In this document: piece by piece, positions 35,241 through 45,412 of the stretch
How the letters are laid out: every line of letters starts with the position of its first letter
Numbering within the stretch: the first letter of the stretch is position 1
Source of the DNA: Eledone cirrhosa
Taxonomy: Eukaryota
Assembly: GCA_964016885.1 (NCBI GenBank)
Contig: OZ024740.1
Location: forward strand, 236,282,001 to 236,346,000
Direction: 5' to 3'
Length of the DNA stretch: 64,000 nt
The notes under the pieces: generated by a model
Databases searched by the model: none
Told to the model about the DNA's origin: nothing
The model's input: only the letters and a program-made list of their open reading frames with translations
Translations under genes and position numbers: made by a program

Positions 35241-35933
35241 TGTCTATTCTTTATTTCAAAAGAACATAATTTGTTTTTTCTTCTCCATGTGAAACTTTGA
35301 CAGATTGAAATGCTTTAAAATATCAGCCTCATGTCATTGTTGCCTGAATAACAAGACAGACGAGGCTAATGTATGTACACTTCCTTTGTGTTTTAGAGTG
35401 AAGCTTCTGATTCCATATTCTTTGCGATGCTTATATTGGAAGTACCTCTTTATCGATTCTCGTCAACACTGACAAACATGAATATAATGATATGCCAGGA
35501 AATCAATCGATTTTTCCACACAAACCATTCATTAGGAATTAAAACCATAAAAATGTTTAGTAGTTAAACAATAAACATATTTATTATTTACAAATCCATT
35601 ATTCACCTTTTCAGGGAATCTTTCTAATGGTATGAAAAAAAAAAGAGACAAATAAGCCACCAAACAAAACAAACGCTTCTATGTGTTCATATAGTTGATG
35701 GTTGTTGTTTCTATATATTACTAATTTGAAGTCTAATATTAATTGGCAATCTTAGAGAGAAATAAAATGATTTTGTTTACATTTAGAATATTATTTGATA
35801 TATTTTTATATTACTGCATATTAATAATGATTCTCATTTATAAACTGTTGGTTGTTAAGTACATTGTTCTTTCTTGCTGACGTTAGGAAATGTCTGTTTC
35901 CATCTTCACAGTATTTATAGTTTTCTGTTATTA

Positions 35934-36018
35934 TTTCATCCTTACGGGGTCGATAAAATAAAGTACCAGTAATGCACTGGGTGATTGCTGGCCTTGTGCC
36001 TAAAGTAGAAACAATTAT
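35934..36018 (+). mobile_element. tRNA-derived SINE family A, 3' fragment
   Basis: TTTCATCCTTACGGGGTCGATAAAATAAAGTACCAGTAATGCACTGG...GGCCTTGTGCCTAAAGTAGAAACAATTATT, shared with ten other loci in the window. Confidence 0.85.
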
Positions 36019-36028
36019 TTAGTACTAT

Positions 36029-36232
36029 GATGGCAGTGGATCAGTAGAGGGTTGGACGCCATGCTTTGCAGCATAGAGTTATGACCCTTTGCATACTGAG
36101 TTCAAATCCTGCCAAGGTTAGCTTTACCTTCCATCCTTATGGGGTCAATAAAATAAAACACCAGTAATGCACTGGCGTCAGTTTAACCAACATTCCCATC
36201 CCCAAAGGCCTTGTGCCTAAAGTAGAAACAAT
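36029..36232 (+). mobile_element. SINE family A, near full length, inserted at the tail of the previous copy
   Basis: A-box-like TGGCAGTGGATCAGTAGA, B-box GAGTTCAAATCC, family core and AGAAACAAT tail. Degenerate TSD (ATTATTTAGTACTATG / ATGATTTAGTACCATG). Confidence 0.85.
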
Positions 36233-36351
36233 GATTTAGTACCATGTCAATTCTGATTTAACAAATCAGTAGTCAAAGATGTTCAAGTCATGGGTATCCT
36301 GAACGTTTCCATCCCAACAATAGTGTACCCTGAACAATTATTCACTATCCA

Positions 36352-36412
36352 TTTAAATACCATTGAAACATCTTAAAAACCATTGTAACATCTTAAATAC
36401 CATTGTAACATC
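36352..36412. repeat. 20-bp minisatellite x3 (TTAAATACCATTGTAACATC)
   Basis: Three near-identical consecutive units. Confidence 0.85.
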
Positions 36413-36667
36413 AATTCCCTAATTACAATAGCTGAAATTGCTAGTTATTTAACATACCTGTTCAAAACTTACTCCAAGTTTATAAATAGTAAAGATAAAT
36501 GCATGAAATTTACAGGGAAGGTTCCAAACTGAACTTTCGAAAGGATAATGCAAAAAGCCATTATATTTACAGTTTATTAAACCAAATAAACAATTCAATA
36601 TCATATAATATGAGCAAAAATACAAACTCAACTTATTTTCAAATGCATCAGTAACACATTATTATTA

Positions 36668-36787
36668 GAGTTCAAATCCCGCCGAGGTTAACTTTGCCTT
36701 TCATCCTTACGGGGTCGATAAAATAAAATACCAGTAATGCACTGAGTAATTGGTGGCCTTGTGCCTAAAGTAGAAACAATTATTATT
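36668..36787 (+). mobile_element. SINE family A, 5'-truncated at the B box
   Basis: Runs from GAGTTCAAATCCCGCCGAGG to the tail. Direct repeat ATTATTATTAGAGTT at 36658-36672 and 36779-36793. Confidence 0.9.
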
Positions 36788-37214
36788 AGAGTTAGATTCT
36801 GAGATTAAATCAATGTCTGATAAATTCTCTTCATTTGTGAAGGATCTTTTCAAGGTCTCTCTCTGTAAATATGGTATAAATATGGTGTGAGGTGCCTTGT
36901 TATATGTGGGTGACACTTGTATGGGAAATATTAAAAAGTGAATTTTGGTGTCATCAAAACAAGATTCTGTGTGCATGCTTGTGAGTGTGTGTGTGTGCTT
37001 ATATTTGAATGTGTGACAAGAAGGGGCAATGAAGAAAACTATTATATAGTCAGTATATGACAGTCTGATAAGAAACTTCCAATCAAATAAAAATTTGAGT
37101 TTCTAGGTAGAAAACTATGATGTGTGATTCATGTGCTAACTTAATCCATTAGTTATGATTTGTTAACTATTAAGTATCAATAAAAGTATAGTTCTATTAC
37201 CAAGAATATATATT

Positions 37215-37403
37215 TGATTTGAAACATTGGAATTATGACAAATAATAATAGATTTAGAAAAGTGTGTAAAATACGCTTCAGAACAGAAAAAAGTGTCTCA
37301 TTGCTGGCCACTTTTTTCTGTCCGTAAATGTATTTTACATGATTTTCTAAAGCTATTATTATTTATAGCGATTCTGTTTGAATTCCATTTCAAATTTCAA
37401 ATC
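37215..37403. repeat. Imperfect palindrome / fold-back (MITE-like)
   Basis: Arms 37241-37295 and 37309-37363 match as reverse complements at 46/55 positions around a 13-nt loop. Weaker outer arms TGATTTGAAA...TGGAATT. Confidence 0.8.
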
Positions 37404-37474
37404 ATCCAAATGCCATGATAAACAGTAAGGTGTATTTTATTGTTTTTTAATGCATTGTTCTTGTTTCTTTGTAG

Positions 37475-37517
37475 GTGAGTGTCATTTCTATTGTTGAATG
37501 GTTTACTCTAGTTACAG
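37475..37517 (+). other. Candidate 43-nt exon / recursive splice site (YnTAG|GTGAGT ... CAG|GTAAGA)
   Basis: Pyrimidine tract and AG (37473-37474) are followed directly by GTGAGT, with a second strong donor at 37518. No transcript evidence. Confidence 0.35.
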
Positions 37518-37616
37518 GTAAGATGTATACACTAATACAATTTACAAAAATGACATTTACGAAAATGAAAATTACAGGTAACACACACATACTCATACAT
37601 ATGTATATCATACAAA

Positions 37617-38163
37617 CATGATGATGGCTGCAACTCGATTTTGAGTAATGTCATTGCTTGATATTTAAACATGAGCATCATGGATGTGACTTTTTAGTCC
37701 TGTAATGGGACTTGCCTATGGCCAGCAATGCCATGCATTGCAAAAAGTGTCACATATCAAGTGATGCTTGAGCTTGAAGCTTTTTTAAGTTAGGAAAGGT
37801 TTTGCATGGGGCCAATCCCACTCTCAAAACATTGAATGCATTTGTTCCAAAAGAAGAACTAAACTACATTATTGGATGCAAACAAAGTCACAGGTTTTAT
37901 ATCAGAGTGACCTTCTCCTAGAGAGATGTCTTAATGAAGACTTGGAGACTCTCACACCACAAAAAAAAAAAACTTAATTGGATGGCTGTTACTTTTCTGA
38001 GTTCCCCTGCCCTTTAACAGGTTTTGTTTTTCATTCTCAGGGTGTCCAAAATCACTCTCCTCACCAAGCAAGCTTGGTGAGGTCGCCAGTTTAGTTGCCG
38101 ATGATGCCGACCATGCACAGGTTGTATTGGGTTACATGTTACAAGTAGCACTGAAGATCTGAC
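37617..38163 (-). mobile_element. Probable non-autonomous bipartite RTE-derived retroposon
   Basis: 37617-37715 aligns with the RTE 3' end at 61514-61610. The middle aligns with 60490-60700 and 61035-61240 (GCCAATCCCACTCTC; GGTTTTATATC...CCTTCTCCTAGA). Flanked by TACA-type repeats. Confidence 0.65.
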
Positions 38164-38497
38164 GTAATACATACATACATACATACATAAGATACAAGTG
38201 GCTGTATTATCTGAAATCTTCAAAATCTATAAGCGTTCTTATGATTCAAAGGATGAACAATTGCACAAAGAATGATGAAAATTTTCTTTTCTTTACAACC
38301 TTACCTCCAGGAAGGTGACCAGTCACAAAAACCAGATGGTTTACGACAGAACAAATGAGAGACACAAAATAACAACAAAAGTAGTTACTGAGGAGGTCAC
38401 AGAGTGCGTGGCAAAAGAGCTTTGACAATCAATAACTGAACAACCATCCGGTTATTAAACTAAACGACTGGGAGTCTATAATAAATTGAAGTGAAAT

Positions 38498-38637
38498 CCA
38501 ACAGGTGCATATGTTTAATATTGGCAGCTTGACCCTCCTAAAGTATAGCAATATATATATATATACACATACATATATACATATATTGTCATACTTTTGA
38601 GAGTCATGTTATCAATTGAAACACATGCACTGGTTGG
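38498..38637. repeat. Degenerate inverted repeat (arms about 57 bp) around a TA/CA spacer
   Basis: Left arm CCAACAGGTGCATATGTTT...AAAGTATAGCAATATA versus the reverse complement of the right arm, CCAACCAGTGCATGTGTTT...AAAGTATGACAATATA. Confidence 0.75.
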
Positions 38638-38665
38638 TCTCATCACTTTTCATTATTAATATATA

Positions 38666-38853
38666 GAGCGGTAGATTGGCAGTATCGGTAGAGGGTCGGA
38701 CGCCATGCTTTGAGAGTTACGGCCCTTTATAGTCTAAGTTCAAATCCCACTGACGTTAACTTTGCCTTTCATCCTTACGGGGTCGATAAAATAAAGTACC
38801 AGTAATACTCTGGGATAATTGTTGGCCTTGTTCCTAAAGTAGAAACAATTATT
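38666..38853 (+). mobile_element. SINE family A, full length (short subtype)
   Basis: A-box TGGCAGTATCGGTAGA, B-box AGTTCAAATCC, core and tail. TSD ATTATTAATATATA at 38652-38665 and 38848-38861. Confidence 0.9.
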
Positions 38854-38879
38854 AATATATATAAATCGACACCAGTGCA

Positions 38880-38970
38880 TAAAGCACCAGTAATGCACTG
38901 GGGTCGATTTAATTGAGTTTCCCCTCCCTTAAAATTGTTGGCCTTGTGCCTAAATATGAAACCATTATTA
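38880..38970 (+). mobile_element. SINE family A, 3' fragment (long subtype)
   Basis: CACCAGTAATGCACTGGGGTCGATTTAATTGAGTTTCCCCTCCC...GGCCTTGTGCCTAAATATGAAACCATTATT. Confidence 0.8.
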
Positions 38971-39039
38971 ATAGGCCCAAGGGAAGACCACCCTATACTA
39001 TGCAACGGGAACCCCACATTAGCCACTCGGGGGTCGACC

Positions 39040-39468
39040 ACCTCCTGCAACTGCAGAAGCCCCACATTATGCCCCCTTAGTAATGAATGCCTCATGAAGA
39101 ACTTAGTATACGGATGTAGAGTAAAAAAACCCTACTCTGAGCACCTTTACATAGGATCCACATCAACGAGCTTCAAAGACAGATGGTATAACCATTACCA
39201 TTCCTTTAATAGGGAGGGCAAAATGAAAAGTACAGCTCTTTCCGAACTGATCTGGAAGCTCAAGCTGGACAAGATTCTGTACTCACTGGCCTGGTCCAAA
39301 ATCAGGAAAGTACCACCTGATAGAGAGAGATCTGGCATCTGCAACCTATGTCTGAGCGAGACACTCGAGATACTCAGTGGTGGGAGCAGCCTAATCAACC
39401 TCAGGACCGACTTCTTTGGTACATGTAGACACCTCAGGGCTGGAACCTTCCCCAAGCTATATAGATAG
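39040..39468 (+). pseudogene. GIY-YIG endonuclease domain of a Penelope-like element (RT missing)
   Basis: CNCRSPTLCPLSNECLMKNLVYGCRV...YIGSTSTSFKDRWYNH...STALSELIWKLK...CNLCLSETLEI...LINLR...CRH: Cys-rich linker, LVY/YIG motifs, and R, E and N at the expected catalytic positions. The frame is still open, but the ORF-track start at 38935 lies inside a SINE. Confidence 0.9.
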
Positions 39469-40735
39469 CAACACATTAGGATGGGAACTTCCCTCAAGCT
39501 CTAGGGACAGTAGCCCCGCCACACCGAGCCCAAGGTAAACCACCCCCTACACACTCTCCACCCCTACTCCCGCCTCCTATAGCAATACACCCACGTAGCA
39601 GCTAAAACCATGCCTCACACCGCTGTGGTCAACCCCTCTCTCTCACTTCCTTAACCAGAACTCAAGTTAGCTGACACTAGATAATATAAATAGACGAAGT
39701 ACATCGGTGGAGTCCTATCCTCTGTGCAGACAGGCACCCCAAGTTTCCGACCAACGGGCCCCAACGCCCAACCCCGGCTTGTGACCCGAATACCCGGAGG
39801 ATATCCTGCCTCGAACCCAACCAACCCTCGCACGCATGAGTCAGGGATAAATCCCACAAGTAAAAATTACGCGCTGGTTACTACCACTTACCCCTCTCCC
39901 CAGCTCCAGAGGGGATTTTGACCCTGTGTCCGTGTGGGTGTATCCCATGTGGGCGTATATGGAGATATGTGTATGTGTACATGTATGAGTGTGTGTGACT
40001 GTATAGACGTAATATGGGAATGCACCTGAGCCGTTGTTTGTGCGTTGTGCTTGCAAAGGTGTGCGTTGACATACACGCATATGTACTTTATGCTGAAATA
40101 AGAATTGTAGTCCTTTGCATTTCTGGATTTTGACACACAGGCTTTTATGGTATTTTACACTCCACTTTTGCCTCATTTGTTTTTAAAACGCACCACTCTA
40201 TGATAAAATAAGAATTGTAATTCTTTACACTTCTCGATTCTGACACGCAGGTTTTCTATTTCAGTTTATATTTTTCAAATTTTTTATATTGGTTGTAGCA
40301 CACACGCATTTTTTATTTGTTTGGCACCCCCACCACGTGAAATGGCGGCAGGATAGATGCCAGCCTACACACATAAATTCTTCAGACCATAGCAGCAACA
40401 TACTGAAGCTGACCTGCCAGCTGACCCTTTAACACCACTACCACTACCAACACAATGGGGAGGTCAACTGTACTTAATCATTCTGACAAAAACAACTATA
40501 ACAGGCTGACTTGCCTCAGAAGAATTTCTATAGACTTTTGACTGAGGAATGTTCTCACAACTGACCAATAGGATACGAGCGTGTCCTATGATGCTGAAAT
40601 TCGTTTGTACTAGCTCATATGATTCCAGTTCCTCGGAGGAATAACAACACACCCAGGAGCTGGACATATCGATGTATTGACGGAGTAAAACACACTTCAA
40701 CAACATGTGTACCTGTCTTTCCCACACTAATTCGA

Positions 40736-40790
40736 ACTGCCTGAAGAGGTCACAGTCAATGATAGCTGTCACCAAAATATATATAGCAGT
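40736..40790 (+). ncRNA. Degenerate minimal type-I hammerhead ribozyme in a PLE pseudo-LTR
   Basis: ACTGC-CTGAAGA-GGTCACAG(loop)CTGTCACC-AAAA-TATATATA-GCAGT. Stem I ACTGC/GCAGT, stem II 7/8 bp, palindromic stem III. The GAAA box reads AAAA. Confidence 0.65.
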
Positions 40791-40992
40791 AATTTTTAAT
40801 TTATAATAAACGAAGCCAAATTTTACATATTTGACTTAATTATTTTATATATATATATATATAATTACAAGAAACGAAACAAGCTGTGTGGTTACTGTAA
40901 ACAAAGTTTAAGATGATAATATGGACGAAACAAGGGAAGAAATCCTTCATCGGCTGTAAACCGTAGATCATAGATGTTATATATATATATAT

Positions 40993-41920
40993 AAGTCAAA
41001 AACAAAAACAATAAGAAAGAGTGCAGTACGAATAGTGTTGGTATTAGGTTCACGCTTGAGAGTAGGGTGTAGGGGATGACGTTTCAGGCATAAGCCCTTC
41101 ATCAGGTGAAAGGTGGGAAGGAAAAGAGTTCCGAGAAGGTGTGAGGGGGGAGTGGTGGAAAGACATTAAAAAAAGAGGAGAGGGATTAAAATGAAGGGAA
41201 AAAAATTAAAATGAAAACAAGTGGTGAAAGGGTGTGAGGCGTGTAGAGGTGGTGGTGGGTGGATGGAGGGGGAGAGGGGAGAAGGGAACAGGCGGTCCGA
41301 GCGGGGAGGGTGGAAGGTGGTGTGTGTGTATGTGTGTAGGTGTACGTGTGTGTGTGTATGTGTGGATGTGAGTGTGAGAGTTTGGGAAAGAACGGAGTTC
41401 CATGCTCGGGTAATAGGAAAACCAGTGTGTACATGGGGTGAGGTGTAAGTCCGTGTGTGTGTGTGCGTGTGGATGGGGAGGGGTGGGGGAGAGGGAGCGT
41501 GCAGTGTCCGGAGGAAGAGTAGGTGTATGGGAAGATACGCACGTATGTGTGTGTTTTTGTGTAGTGTGGATACGTGGGAATGTATGGTTGCGTGTGTGCG
41601 AAAATGATGTAAGTGTTTGTGTGTGTGCCTGTGTTCCTGAATGTTTTTCCAGTGAGTGTGTGGTCAGATGGTGAAAAAACTGGATGTTATCGGGTGGATG
41701 TCCAGAGAATGTGACCAGCGGTGTAGGATCCGTGGAATTGGTGAGGAGGAAGTAGAAAATCGTGGGGCGCACGCAACAGGAAGTGATCAAGAAGGTCAAG
41801 GCAGGGGGTGGAGAAGGCAGGGCGAAGGATACAGGAGAGAGAGAGAGGAGATGGCAGTTAAGAGGGTAAGGAACAGACAGGCGAGTGGTAGTTGGCAGGT
41901 GTGGCCTGTGTGTGTGTGTG
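40993..41920 (-). mobile_element. Penelope-like element 3' region / pseudo-LTR remnant
   Basis: Minus strand has CTGATGA-AGGGCTTATGCCT-GAAACGTC (41078-41105) followed by AAGCGTGAACCTAATAC, resembling 57500-57570. CA/CT-rich trailer resembles 58400-58860. Confidence 0.6.
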
Positions 41921-41924
41921 ATCA

Positions 41925-42175
41925 TAAACATCACCACTGTTTCACGTCCAAGGGTTAGACAGGTTGTCTTATTCAAGGCAAGTCATGTCAGAGGAACATG
42001 TTTTGCTCATACAGAGATGATTTTGGCTTGATGCTCTTCCTAATGCCGACCACAATTACAGTGAGTACTGGATGCTTTTCGTCGTGACACCTACATGACC
42101 ATTTTACAGTGTGGGCTGGATGCTTTTTGTTGTATTGCCATCACAACCACTTTACAGTGTGGGCTAGGGGCTTTT
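41925..42175 (-). mobile_element. RTE 3'-UTR-like fragment, degenerate
   Basis: Reverse complement of the CACCCAGCCCACACTGTAAAGTGG and TTAGGAAGGGCATCCAGC motifs seen at 44415-44510. Confidence 0.65.
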
Positions 42176-42424
42176 ATATATAATTTATTGGAAACTGATA
42201 CTTCACAAATCATAATGCAAAATTTCTCATTACAGAACTTCAGACAATTATAAAAAGTAAAGCATGAACTTTGGTAAATAACAAACCCACAGCTAAACTG
42301 TTTGAATACTATGGCCTCTTATTGGTTACAATGGAACCATTGTTAACCAAAATTATGCTTAGGGTAGTAAGGAAAGAAACAAATTTAAAAAATCTATTTG
42401 TAGACATAAGAATATATGACAATA

Positions 42425-42720
42425 TATCATCATCAACATACATGTTATGGCCTGAGTCTAGAAGCAATCACATCTTCTTCCTATGTTCCATATTTGGCAT
42501 GGTTTCTATAGCTTAGCTGGATGTCTTTCCTAATCCCAACCATCAACATAATGTACTGGTTGTGGATTTTCATGATACTGCCACTACTACTTTATAGAAT
42601 ATGCTCGGTGCATTTTATCATGACACCAACACTAGAGAGATTGTCACATATTCATCCATAGTGAAGCATCTCAAGCCCTATATTGTCTCCATTTGATCAG
42701 CAACACTGTAGTCTCTGATC
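42425..42720 (-). mobile_element. Degenerate RTE-tail-related repeat
   Basis: ATCATCATC tail and TTTCTATAGCTTAGCTGGATGTCTTTCCTAA. Shares TATTGTCTCCATT with 56925 and 60101. Confidence 0.5.
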
Positions 42721-43188
42721 TATCACCACATTCACTTTTAATGCTGCAGAGCTTGTACTCATGGACAGGTCTTTTGTATTATGGCATACATTTTATATAT
42801 TTGAAAATTTATATGTACGTTGATAATTGCTTAGTGTGTATAAAATAATAACAGTGCAAGGAATATCACTTGAGTTGATTCGGTTTCTATAAGATTAAAA
42901 GCAAAATGAAGATTAAATTATAGTATATAATTATAAAGTAAAAGAATGTCAGCAATAACTTAGCAATTCAGACCATTCATTTAATTTGTTTTAATCATGA
43001 AATAATATATATAATTTCTTACTATAATACATGTTGCAGCATAGAGGTGAATGATTACTACCATCTACATAAACATAACATGATCGAGAATTATAATTTC
43101 CTTTAACAAAGTGAGAAATTTGAGTGGCTTGTAGAGAATCTTTATTTCAGGTTTCTCAAATGTATGTTGATATAAACAATGTTTCAAG

Positions 43189-43329
43189 CAGTTCTCAAAG
43201 AGTTTGAGCCACTCACAGCCACGTAATACCCTCAGCGCCCTCCCCCAACACTATTTCCAGAGAGACCTGCCTACATAAATTGTAAATAATATATAATAAA
43301 TAAAATCGTTGATTTATATATAATAAATA

Positions 43330-43366
<37 letters not shown>

Positions 43367-43537
43367 TGGATAAATAAATAATATATATATTTTATTTTAC
43401 TATATTTATATACAATATGTATCATTTGATATTTAATATACTATTATATCCTCTCTACTGCCCCCCTTAGTCCCCAGCGACCCCTAGACCTCCTCAATGC
43501 CCCCTGGGGGCAGTAGCACCTACTTTGAGAATCTCTG
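43189..43537. mobile_element. hAT (Charlie-like) MITE with an internal AT-rich expansion
   Basis: Termini CAGTTCTCAAAG and CTTTGAGAATCTCTG. The 8-bp flanks GTTTCAAG and GTATAAAG match 6/8. Confidence 0.6.
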
Positions 43538-43639
43538 GTATAAAGCAATTCTTGGTCAGATCATTCTAAGCTCTAGGGGCACTGTTAATATTGACAAGAT
43601 AGATTAGAGCTTCCAAAAGACAATTACTATCAAATAGAG

Positions 43640-44605
43640 GAAGCTTAATTAAGAATGTAGGCTTTACATGCAGCAGCTGTGCTGGGACAGCAAGCAGCAA
43701 ACAGCCACAGGAAACAAGTACCACCAATCTCTGGGAGGGCTCTGTAGAGACAGTAGACAGCTTCTGCTACCTAGGTGACCGAATTAGCAGCGGAGGTGGG
43801 TGTTCAGAAAGTACAGTAACTAGGGTAAGAACGGGATGGAAGAAGTTCAGGGAACTACTACCACTGCTAGCTGCAAAAGGCTTCTCCCTCAAAATGAAAG
43901 GCAGACTGTATGATGCGTGTATCCGAAAAGCGATGTTGCATGGTAGTGAGACCTGGGCGCTCAAGGTGGAAGACTTACGTAGATTAGATAGAAACAAAGC
44001 CTGCATGCTCCGATGGATGTGTAATAGTAATGTACGCGAACGACAAAGCATAAATGAATTGAGAGAGAGACTGAGCATAAGAGGAATCAAATGTTGTGTG
44101 CAGGAGAGGCGTTTGCATTGGTATGGACATGTGATGCGTATGAAGGATGACAGCTGCATAAAAAGGTGCAGAGCACTAGAAGTCGAAGGAAACCACGGAG
44201 TGGGGAGACCCAAGATGACCTGGGATGGGGTGATAAAAGCCGACCTTACCCAATTACACCTCTCAAAGGCGATGACACATGACCGTGACCTCTGGTGACA
44301 CGCAGTAATACAGAGTACCAGACCTCCCATGGGTACAAGCTGAAGCATATAGACAATATGCTCCCACATCCTCTCACTGCAAGGTGGTCGTGGAGGTGCC
44401 ACGGCAAAAAAAGCACCCAGCCCACACTGTAAAGTGGACGTGTAGGCACCATGAAAAAGCACCCAGCACTCACTGTAAATGAGGTTGGTGTTAGGAAGGG
44501 CATCCAGCTGTAGAAATCAAGCCAAATCAGTTCCTGTATGAGCAAGGCATGGTCAGCCGACCAGACACTGCCCACAACAGGACAACCCGTCTAACCCATG
44601 CCTGC
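43640..44605 (+). mobile_element. RTE-clade LINE, 5'-truncated (RT C-terminus plus 3' UTR)
   Basis: VETVDSFCYLGDRISSGGGC...RVRTGWKKFRELLPLL...KGRLYDACIRKAMLHGSETW...RLHWYGHVMRM...GRPKMTWDGVIKADL. Confidence 0.93.
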
Positions 44606-44820
44606 TTAAAAGATCCATCCATTTTAACTCTTCTTTCTATCTTGATATTGTCTTATGATATTTATTAATGTTATTTTGTTTTGAATATTTCCTAAAAAGA
44701 TACAATAGGGATGAAGCACCCATAATGAAGATAATTATTAACTAGAAATTCTCCAGCTGCTCAGCAAATGGATGTGATATTCTAGCTGTATTGAAACATT
44801 CATAGAGATGTATGAATAAA

Positions 44821-45007
44821 TAATTGTTTCTACTTTTGGCACAAGGCCAGCAATTACCCAGTACATTACTGGTACTTTATTTTATCGACCCCATAAGGAT
44901 GAAAGGCAAAGTTAACCTCGGCGGGATTTGAACTCAGACCGTAAAGGGACGTAACTATGCTGGAAAGCATCGCGTCCGACTCTCTACTGATACTGCCAAT
45001 CCACCAT
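44821..45007 (-). mobile_element. SINE family A, full length
   Basis: Reverse complement of the family sequence. 16-bp TSD TGTATGAATAAATAAT at 44809-44824 and 45008-45023. Confidence 0.92.
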
Positions 45008-45126
45008 TGTATGAATAAATAATAATTTCTTATCTTTGACTTACAAATATATATATATATCAAGTAAGTATGTTTTGAAACAGTGAGCGAGTTTGAAATT
45101 AGAAAATATATAGCTTTCACCATATT

Positions 45127-45263
45127 TTTGACTAAAGGAATTTTAGCTTGATAACGGGGTTTAGAAGATGAGTATTGACATACATGGTACGTCAATACTC
45201 ATCTTTTTCCATTTATCTGAGGGTTCTAAACCCCGTTATCAAGCTAAAATTCCTTTAGTCAAA
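45127..45263. repeat. Perfect 40-bp inverted repeat enclosing a second 15-bp hairpin
   Basis: 45127-45166 is the exact reverse complement of 45224-45263, and 45165-45179 of 45191-45205. Confidence 0.95.
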
Positions 45264-45412
45264 TATATATATATATATGTATATAAATAGGGAGACACAA
45301 AGCAGGCTGTGTTTCCAAAGAGCTAGCAAATTTGAAAATTAGGTAATAACATGTGTTTATGACGTCTTTGATTAAATTGAATATATATATATATATTCAA
45401 AATGAAAAAATA

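Larger units (their letters stand above)
38975..40845 (+). mobile_element. Penelope-like retroelement, 5'-truncated: GIY-YIG domain, 3' region and pseudo-LTR end
   Basis: GIY-YIG ORF ends at 39468, followed by a long C-rich trailer, a hammerhead remnant at 40736-40790, AATAAA near 40805 and then (TA)n. Boundaries are approximate. Confidence 0.75.

Noticed and set aside
36449-36631. Minus-strand ORF ending at CAG|GTATGT
   Set aside because: AT-rich, no recognisable protein, and the phase does not fit the candidate downstream exon.
40862-40976. Additional hammerhead ribozyme
   Set aside because: Only CCGATGAAGG is present on the minus strand, with no closing stem II or GAAA box.
41186-41976. 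256-aa and overlapping ORFs
   Set aside because: Low-complexity GT/GA-rich trailer of a retroelement with no domain motifs.
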